Shown: piece after piece, positions 54,418 to 64,000 of the stretch
Layout of the letters: every line of letters begins with the position of its first letter
How positions within the stretch are numbered: position 1 is the stretch's first letter
Program-made: the position numbers and the translations under genes
Notes under the pieces: model-generated
The model's database searches: none
What the model saw: the letters and a program-made list of their open reading frames with translations, nothing else
Told to the model about the DNA's origin: nothing
DNA from: Trichoplax adhaerens
Lineage: Eukaryota > Animalia > Placozoa
DNA length: 64,000 nt
Assembly (NCBI RefSeq): GCF_000150275.1
Contig: NW_002060950.1
Location: 2,468,106-2,532,105 of the forward strand
Direction of reading: 5' to 3'

Positions 54418-55155
54418 CATTAAAATAATCATCCAGATAATGATAGGTTTGAGAGATAATTAATATTGCAATAGTGATAGATTGGCAAACGATTATATTA
54501 TAATGTCATAGCGCTTCCATTTTTCTAATTATAGGCAATATCAACAATTTTATTGCGTGTAAATATCATTAAAATGATCATCCAGATGATGATAGGTTTG
54601 ATAGATAGTATTACCATAGTGCTAGATTGGCGAACGAAATATCATGTCGTAGCGCTTCCATTTTGTAACTATAGGCAATACAAACAATTCGATTGTATTC
54701 ATGAACATTATTAAGATGATCATCCAGACGATAGTGGGTTTAACAGAAAGCTAGTATTTCTATCTTTTAAATTGATTAACGATTCCAACGTTTTTGGTGA
54801 TAATAACTCACTTTCAAAGTGAAGTAATTCTATGTTTACAGTCATCTATAACAAAATGAGATTGTTGCTAGGATTATATCATAAAGCATAAAGCTAATGA
54901 TTTCACTTTTAGCCACATTTTTATAGGTTTGAAAAATAACTAGTATTCAGATAGTGCTAGATTAGTTAACGATTATGTTACGAATAAGCCAAGTTCATTA
55001 TCTAAAGCGCGAATATTTACTCAAATGATCGGCAATATTATATAACTTACTTTCAAAGTAAAATAATTCTATATTTACAGCCACCTATAATACAATGAAA
55101 TTGCTGCTAGGACTATGCCATAATTTATAGAGCTAATAAGTTCACTTTCGGTCAC
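54418..55155. repeat. Composite diverged tandem repeats (~145-bp unit x2.5 followed by ~240-bp unit x2)
   Basis: ATTAA.AT.ATCATCCAGA at about 54419, 54568 and 54710; ATAACT.ACTTTCAAAGT.AA.TAATTCTAT.TTTACAG at about 54802 and 55042. Confidence 0.8.
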
Positions 55156-58100
55156 ACTCTTTTATGCTTATGCTATATTGAACAACAATTGCAAGGGCAA
55201 TTTTTTAAATAAAAATTAGATCTATCATTAGGGACACTACAAGTAATAAATGTGTAGAGACGGCTCCTAATATCCAGATATTTCTAAGCAAACAGTAGAA
55301 TTTAAAAATATAAAACCTCCGTAATAAGGTATGTAACGTGTATGCAATGAATTAGTAATAAATGTAACTACTAGATTAATAAAACTGAATTAAACTTTAC
55401 TAAAACAACACCCAAACTGTAGGCGTAGCTATAAATAAACTACCGTATATTTTCATGTTCGAAATTCACGAAACTGCGGATACATATATCGATATTTAAT
55501 TAACTTATAGAGCGTATTTATTGACGTTTAAAATCTCTCAATTTTTTTTATAAAAGTTAGAGTACTATTATCTTGTGAATTTCAAAAAGTTATTAATTTA
55601 TGCCAAGACAACTACAATATTTTTAATTTAAGAAAAAAAATTAACACTAATCTACCTTAAAGTAATCTTTATCGATACTAGTACTTTAATAAACTCGGTT
55701 AAACTACCGCACATGACTATTTACTGTACTAACTCATGAGCGCCCGCGATAGCTTGTTATCTATTTAGGAATCCGTCTCGATAAATCATACCCTTTATAT
55801 TTGCATTAACTAAATTGCACGCGATACTAATTTTATCTCAATATTTAAGATAACTATTTTCCTAGACTACTTAGCCTATGTTATACAATTGTGTTATAGT
55901 GCTGCATGTAATATGGATTAGTATGAAGTGTATGCCTATTAACTGTTCCTAATCTTTCTTACTTCGAAGAATATTACATTAGCAACTAGCATCTAATGGC
56001 CAACAAATTTCAAAGCATTCATTTTAAAAGTCGATTCGGCCTTTAGTTTTTCACTATTAGTTACACTGTAATGTACCTTAAGATGCGTTTAACGAATGAT
56101 AGTATAATGAGTTAATACAGTTTCGAATATACAGTACAGGCTAAAGAATACTCATTTACACACTGAAATTTCACTGTAATATCCTATATGACACCGTATG
56201 ATTAGCATCTTTTAGTATCGATAGCTTAGTATTATAAAAGAATTCCTCGTTGATAGATAAGTAAAATTTCATTTCACAAGCTATAGATAGCATTATGAAG
56301 GTAATCTACTGCCCATATAAGGATAATTTAAAACACAAAATCTGACTAATGCCACGCCACGGTTACTGTCATTGCAGAAAACCATGCCGTAACAGTAAAA
56401 TCTCATGGGGTCGGCCTAAAGGGTGAAGAAATGCGAATAGTTAACTAAATTTTAATTTCCTTTTTTGCTACTAAATGCAGCAGACTGCTAAAATGATATC
56501 ATATAAAGAGTAGCAGTGTAGAGTATAGAATACCAAATTGGTTTTGGCCAAAGATATATGAGTGATTTCTTTCGTAATAGATTACTCGGATTACATCATA
56601 ATTATTTTTGGACTATACTATCATTAATCAATCTAAAAAACTTCTCTTTGCTCAAATAGATAAGTTAGTTCTGATAATATTCATTACAGATAGTACAATT
56701 AAAGATATAGATGATATAGTTTATGAGAGCACTGAGATATAAAGCTATCATACTGGCTTTAATTGTATGCCACATACTCTTATATTCGAAAATTGAGTAA
56801 ATTACAAAAGATGCTTGGCGAAAGCGGCTGTTATTAAATGCCTCTAAAAATATATGAAATAATTTACGTGATGTTGCTGGAGTTGGAATGCTGATCTTAA
56901 TAGCTTTTATTTGATTTAAGTTTAAAAGAAAGCAGACTGGTATCTTTAACACGTGAAAGTGGGCCTATTTTGCTTATTAGCATTTCAATAATGACGTACT
57001 GAATCAGTTATCAACTCTGGGTGTAATGATATTAAATAATACGAATGTAGAATAATCCGTTATGCCCTTCCGCTATATTACTTTGTTATTATGTTAATTG
57101 TTGGCGCTTTATTTCTTCTCGGATCGTGCAGAAAAGCAAAATTCTTACGGCAAGGTTTGCCCAAGAAACCTTTCTTACTATGTTACTGTCACGGTACGAA
57201 CCATCGTGAAGACTAAATGACTAAATTTAGTGGTTAACATTTATTTATGGAGATAACTAATAATGGCTGATAGTAAGAACTACGATAGTTCTTATTTTGT
57301 TACAGTAAATCATGCTGTACTGTAGTAAGAGTTCTTATACGGTGACTAATTTTAATTGATTATAGTGTTATGTCTTGTAACGCTTGTGATAAATCTTCTG
57401 AAGATATTCAATTATAGATGATATTATAAATAATTCTGTGTATGGATAAACTGTAATCTAATTATCTAGAATTGTTCAGTACATGTCTAAGATCATAAAT
57501 AATTTCTGTATTAATTTAGCTATCCAATATGAACTAAATTTCATGAACTCTTAAGATTCATACGTGATAGCAGCAGTTAAAGGGTGTTGAAGCTCGGCAG
57601 GTAGTAGAATAAAAGAAGACTTCTGTAGTTGTTTAGCGTAGAAGCAAAAGCGTCTAAATTGTTGAGAGATAGTTGAGGGATACCGAATCCCGGAGAATAT
57701 AGAAATTTAGAGATTTATTTTACGTTATCTTAGTCCCGAAGCTGGTTTGTGACCGTTGCTAAATTTTTTTCATCATATTTTGGTATAAATTCCTTTTCTC
57801 AATTACAGATGAACCATATTTGAAGTGAATTTTCTACATAGAAAGCGAAAGTAAAAATTACGCTTTGAGAAACATACCGCAAACTTTGTAAAATCTTCAG
57901 CTTATGATAGGGTATCAATATTCCTGGCCTTAGATTTAGCAACGTATCTCTGCAATATTTAGGTCTATTTCATTTTATTTTACATATAGTCGAATTGATT
58001 GAAAATATGCTAACAAAGTAATCGACCATCACTCTTAATCTTGATAAGAGTTTTAAATTTGGGTTTTAAGACTCATTATTCTCTCAATCAGAACAGTCTT

Positions 58101-61100
58101 TCAGTGTATTATAGGTGAGTCTATCATGGGCTGCATATATATGTACATTTTTATTATAGTTAATTACTAAATTATATTATTTTATTCAGTTTAAACTGTG
58201 GGAATTGAAGCCGCTGCTTTGCTACCCAAAACATTATTGATTTCAAAACAGCAATCTGGTTATACGTATAACAATATTACAGCGATTGTTAAACTACTTA
58301 AGGAAAGAACATCTTATTCTATTATCCTGAAATCGTGAATCACTCCCAGACAAGTTTGCTAATCTAATACAAAACATTTACATTTGATTACTTTCAGAGA
58401 TTACTATGCAAATCTATCGTAAGATCTAGTACATAAAACTATAATCGACAGAGTAACTTTACTTAGTGAGCTCACCATTTGCTATTACATCAGAATCAAC
58501 TGATTTAATTCTATGAAGACGTTTACAAATATTTAAAACTTTCGTTTTTCAGTAATGCAGAGCTATATCGAGTTCTTATAGTATGCCTATATTAATTTGC
58601 GTGCTAGCCAGTACGATATAAATAATTACCTTATTTATACTATAACATTTAAACGCTTGAAATATCAACATTTCCCCAACTAAAATTGTAGTAAACCCTA
58701 GTAAATGTGGTAATAAAATACTACAGTGTACATGGAATACTTTACGTCTATATCAAACTTTATTACTAGAAATTAGCGCTAATCATAAGAATAGCTCTGC
58801 GCTATTCGAAATTTTCATCCATATTACTACCCCCAGCGTGTTCAATATTCAATGATTTCCTATAGATAGCCGTGATCCCTACTTATAAGCTAAGAGTAGC
58901 TGTAATACTGCAATTTAAATACAGACTACAGCTAATGCCAATTTGTATATTGATCACTTAATATTAATACTCGCATACTTAATAAATTAAACGCCTACTA
59001 GCTATGGCAATAGCGCCCAAATATACCGTAGTAGCTTGTTCCATTCAAGGCTATCATCTTAGAGGGCAGAATTGCGTACTATAATACAATAATAGCTTAT
59101 CCACTTGCCCATCGATGTATAGCTGCTATTGAATAGTGTCCTAGCGCTTAGATGAGTAATACTACGAAATCTTGAAACCGAAGAGCTGATACCTACTGCA
59201 ACCTATATTGAAGTCAAGGTATTATATTTCAGTCTTTTCCATAATTTCAGCAGTCACGATGGATATAGTGGTGCTAAATTCAATTTCGGTTAGCCAAGGA
59301 AGTCGACTATCTTATCATTATTCATCTATTAACATTGTTGATTCATACTCTTGTCGATTATAATTAATACAGATATTAACTGTAACAGTAATTATTGTAT
59401 TGAATCTTTTTATGACGTAATAGAATTTAGAAACCTTTATTTGAAGCAAAGGTGAACACCAGTAACTATTGACGTGCTGTTAAATTATTAATATCAGCTA
59501 CTCGGTAATAATTAGTAAGCTTATTTAGATTGACAGCTACTAAATATATCATTTAATTGTTAAATTCTGATATTACGGACAGTAAATCATGTCTAGATAG
59601 CTATTTCGATGAATGATGTAATCCTTATTCATCAAAATATTAATCCATGTATTATTTTTTGCTTTTTCATCTCCATTTTTATTTGCCATTACAATAATTG
59701 AAATTCATAATTTTTACCAGCTAAGAACTGATTAGCCGTTTTCAGCTTTTAATTTCTATTTTTATCAAAAGATAAAAGTTTAGTCTTAATTCTCAGCATT
59801 AAAATCGGCGATCAGATTGATAATTCAGTATAATATTAGATGCTCAAGGGGTAGTTTCTAGCTTAGTGTGCTTCCTGAGCTGGTTAATTCCTCACTAAAG
59901 CATGTATCGTAGTTATTCAGGATAGAATTGGGGGCTGCAATAGACTTTGCAAACATGAAAATTACATTTATCCATCAGATTATTGATGTAAAATGTAGCC
60001 CATTATTCGATGATGAGTCAAAATTGTAGCTTCCTCATATAGATATATGTCGCAAACTTAAAATGTCCCAGATTAGAAATTTTTGTATCTAAATTATATA
60101 CTATAGCTAGATTCTAAGCAAGTTATTTTCAGTAATTAACTTGATACTGACTTTTAATACGTTTTCGCCTAAATTTGAGTTTATTATTAGTTAGTTTTTC
60201 TGGTGATATCATTTACTCCTAAATTCAAGTAATTCGCTAGCATGACTATTACTGCCGCCGATAATTAATTAATCAAAAGTCTATTCAACGATCTAACTGG
60301 AAAGATTCTTGAAGATATCATAATTTATCAAATATTGATCTTGTATAACTAATTCTAAATGAATATACTTCTGGTTATTTTGGCTCCAAATAGAATATAA
60401 CGGTAGATAGGCAATCACTATAATTAGTGATTTTAGGCGGAGATTCTTTACTCGATTGATGAAAGTTGAAAATCTGCAATAGTCTTCTTAATGTGTTACA
60501 ACACAGCTAGTAGTACACTAATTTCCGTTTTATTCTTTTAATATTTTGTATTGTATACCATTTCAATAGAGATATACGAAGATTAAATAAATATCTAATT
60601 TTATAGGGGTAATTGAGTTTTTAAGCGATCTGGCCAATAAATGAAGTGAATAGGATATTAAAGTGCTTTACTTTCTTAGTACCATTAATAATTTAGTTAG
60701 CCCATGCTGGATCATTAAATACAAAGATGCTTTGTTCTCAAACATGCGCGTTTGAATGCAGATGTAAAATTTTACATTGCTTCAGTTCCTTAATTTGCTC
60801 AAGTGGATTTAATTAATTAAACACCGTATTCATGGCGCTTATTGCCTGTATATTATACTCCCATCAATTTAGTTAATAGCGAATGAACTTATTATTTACG
60901 CTACTATCTGTTATAATTGCTATGAGGGGCAAATCGTTTTATTGCAAGCTCACGTTTGACCTTCTCAGAATCATAAATAGGTTCAAAAATAATCTAACTT
61001 TGTTGAAATTAGGACCTTGAAAATTGATTATGGATCTTTACAATACCGTTAATAACATCATTACAGGAGGATAGATTAGCATATCTCAAGATATATGTAG

Positions 61101-63756
61101 TTTGTGGTATCTAATTTCAAAAAACTGACAAAATCTTCACCAGATCGTTTTAATTTCTTTTACAAAGGTTTCTTAAATAGGAAGGGTCAATATTTGTCTA
61201 TGTAATCTTCTATCAATAGAATAACAATCTTGAACATTTTATTGACTACCGGTATAAACTTAGAAAGCATCGATATAATTAATTTGCAATAGGAATCAAA
61301 AATAATGACCTAACATTTTATTGTAAATATTAGGCAAGGAGATGTTATGCAAATAAAAACTTTATGTACCTTGTCAAAAATGTTTATTATAAGATAATGA
61401 TGCTTTGTTGCATGCTATGTTACCTATCATTGCTATTTCTCTATTTGAATTTCGACTGAACATAATATTCTTATCTACAGTGAACATAAGAGGTAACTGA
61501 GCTCGTTCTATTCTCTCAAAATCCAATTAGAATGTTTAATATTCATGAATTTAGCAAATAAAGTCATTTACGGAAGTTAGCGATCAATATCTAAAGTATA
61601 AGAGATTAATATAAACGTGCATGTGCATATGGTATAGAATGTATGTCTTTGAATAGTTAATTTGAGGTAGCAGTGTAGATACAATAAATTGCTTCCTGTA
61701 CTCGGTAATAACTATTCTTACTGCAATTATCGTTGGCTAATGTCGTAGATTATAACGCACATTTATGATCAGCGACGATTTTTCGACATTGTAACAGCGA
61801 TCGTGGATAGGGTTTTATATGATAAATTACCGATAATATCGTATGATAATAGTTAGATTTTGGGCGATGACATATTGAAAATAACTTTATATAACAGTTT
61901 GTATGAAAACATTTTAATACGATTGATTCTAGAAACGGTAGCTTGCCTTACCAAATATCGAATTGGTCACTTTTGCAGTTAAGAATATTTTCTCTATCAG
62001 GGGTGTCATGAAGGCCAACTATTTGTTAGCCATCATCGTGGAACATTAAACGAGCAACTTAATTTTAGGGCAATTTTAATTCACTAATCCTAGAAATAAT
62101 GTGAAGTATAGAATAAGTGCGACAATCTTTTGTGACTAAGAATACAATTAATAACTAAACATCTAATTGCATTTGTATACTGAAAATAATCTCTTACAAG
62201 AAATAACCCGATAAATGAACATGATAATGCTGTGATACCAATTCTTCTCCTAGGATATGGTATGTCACCTTCAGATATTTGAATTCTAGTTATTACTATT
62301 CAAGAAGACTTTATACTAGCAGCTCTAATTTGCTCTTCACTAAGCTAAATTTTCACTTAAAGCGTATAATTCATGATTTTTGCGTCAATAAAAGGCATTC
62401 ACTGAGACTTAATTAAAGCTACCAAAATTGAGCGTTAGCATAAAAGGCTGTAAAAAAACACCTAAATTTCTAATTGATGTAAATCAATCATTAATAATTC
62501 TAATTATAGATCGTTAGAATTTTTGCGTTGGTTGTAAAATTCCACGCTGATGAAATCTTTCGATTCTGCAGTGAATTAAATTGATTACAGCAAGTTAATG
62601 AATCAATTTATATTAATCGCTTGATCAGAACTCGTAAAGTAACCAATTGAATGTTTATTTTTCTCTATTGCGAAAGTTGCGAAAGTTACGGTATTCGCTT
62701 ATTAATGTTGCACGAAGTATGGAACATCGAAGGCTACTTGTTCTTATTAATGAACTATATCAAAAGAACTGTCATTCATTTTTTATTAATATATTTTTAG
62801 GTTAGCTCAGTCTTCGGCTTGAAATAATGTACTCTAATGGGATGTAATATCAAGCTTAAGTTAAACTCGTTAAGAAAATTTATAGATTTATCTGGAATCA
62901 ACTATTTATAGCTATGAAATTCAGCACTACCTCCGCGTAAATTCTTATTCTATTATTACTAAAATAGCTTCAAGATTTGTGACAAAAATATAGGGTATAG
63001 AATACTAAATTTAGAAAAGTTATGAAAAAGATCATCTACTTTCTATATCCATATTCCGATAATATTTGCTATTACTTTATATGGTGGCAATTGTTGATTC
63101 GATGAATAGCTTTTGTTAAATAATCAATAGATTATTATGGAAGCCCAAGTTAAAATTACTACAGCTAAAATTAACTACATTCATTTTACATTACTATAAT
63201 GAATCTGGTCTGATACTGGTATTGCAATGATAAATATGCTATAGCGAAAGTAAAGAGAGTTGTATGATTATATGTACTGCATATCACGTACATATCTTGG
63301 ACAATTCAGTATGACTCAGATAGGCTTTGTGAATCCATGTAACATGCGATTTTTTTTATTTTAAAGCGTGCGGATAGTGTGTAGTGAAAAGGACATTGTT
63401 TTGAAAGATACCACCTGTGTAATTGAAGCAATTTGTTGATGAAAGGAATAATTAATATCAATGCGGAAGATACTTTATTACCGTAATTAATAACAGTATT
63501 TCGGTTAAGCAGGTTAGATAATCTTAATTTGAATTAAAGCGAGCTGTATTTGGGTAATTATAAACTTTAATCTATTTCAAAAAATGAACTCAGAGTTTCC
63601 TGCTAATTATAGTCTGAATCCTTGTCGCTAAGAACAGTAATTCATGATCAATCGCATCCTAGAGTATAATTGACAATAGCAACGCATCGCTAATGTTTTC
63701 TTGTTACTATTTAAGCTACATCTTGATAGTGTTTTGCGTCTTTTTATGTTTTCAGG

Positions 63757-63999
63757 CCATAATTATAATTTACATATGCAGTTTTTGAATGAAACTTTAA
63801 TTTCAATAAACTGGGGTGTTACCTTACGAACTGATCCTACAGATGATTGCCAATAGTAAGCATCTCTAAAATTTTCTTTTTACTATTAAAGTTACATCTT
63901 GTTAATATTTTTGCGTGTATTTGTATTTTTACTCCATAATTATAATTTACGCATACATTTTTTTAATGAATGTGTATAATTTCAACATACTGGGATGCT
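63757..63999. repeat. Diverged direct repeat with ~177-bp spacing, possibly continuing beyond the window
   Basis: CCATAATTATAATTTAC...TAATTTCAA...ACTGGG at about 63757 and 63934. Confidence 0.7.
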
Positions 64000-64000
64000 G

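Noticed and set aside
43770-62580. CTGATGA words (about 43774, 48547, 62547) as hammerhead ribozyme cores
   Set aside because: No stem II followed by GAAA and no stem I/III pairing found

Overview
AT-rich (roughly one-third GC), intron-containing animal genomic DNA. The short introns, low repeat load and intronless rhodopsin-class GPCRs suggest a compact early-branching metazoan such as a placozoan (Trichoplax-like); this is inference, not proof. All supportable genes are on the minus strand. (1) A complete 8-exon PP2A B55/PPP2R2 gene (8929->3715, 443 aa by my splice model). It contains a U12-type (minor spliceosome) intron and a candidate 21-nt in-frame microexon. (2) Two clusters of low-complexity exons: a Q/N/Y/G/S prion-like cluster at 21.9-29.2 kb and an S/T/K/R-rich cluster with repeated RxxSLGSI motifs at 12.1-14.0 kb. 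Splice phases allow these to join into one ~1100-1150 aa disordered protein with no domain I recognise. (3) Two single-exon class A GPCRs: a melatonin-receptor/opsin-like one with no retinal lysine, and an aminergic-like one with no Asp3.32. In non-coding DNA, dense islands of a TACTG/CAGTA (GTAC) motif occur only at 0.8-2.1 kb and 7.9-10.5 kb. Several locally tandem-duplicated 100-150 bp units are also present, one with a three-way hairpin fold. No rRNA, tRNA, CRISPR array or intact transposase was seen.
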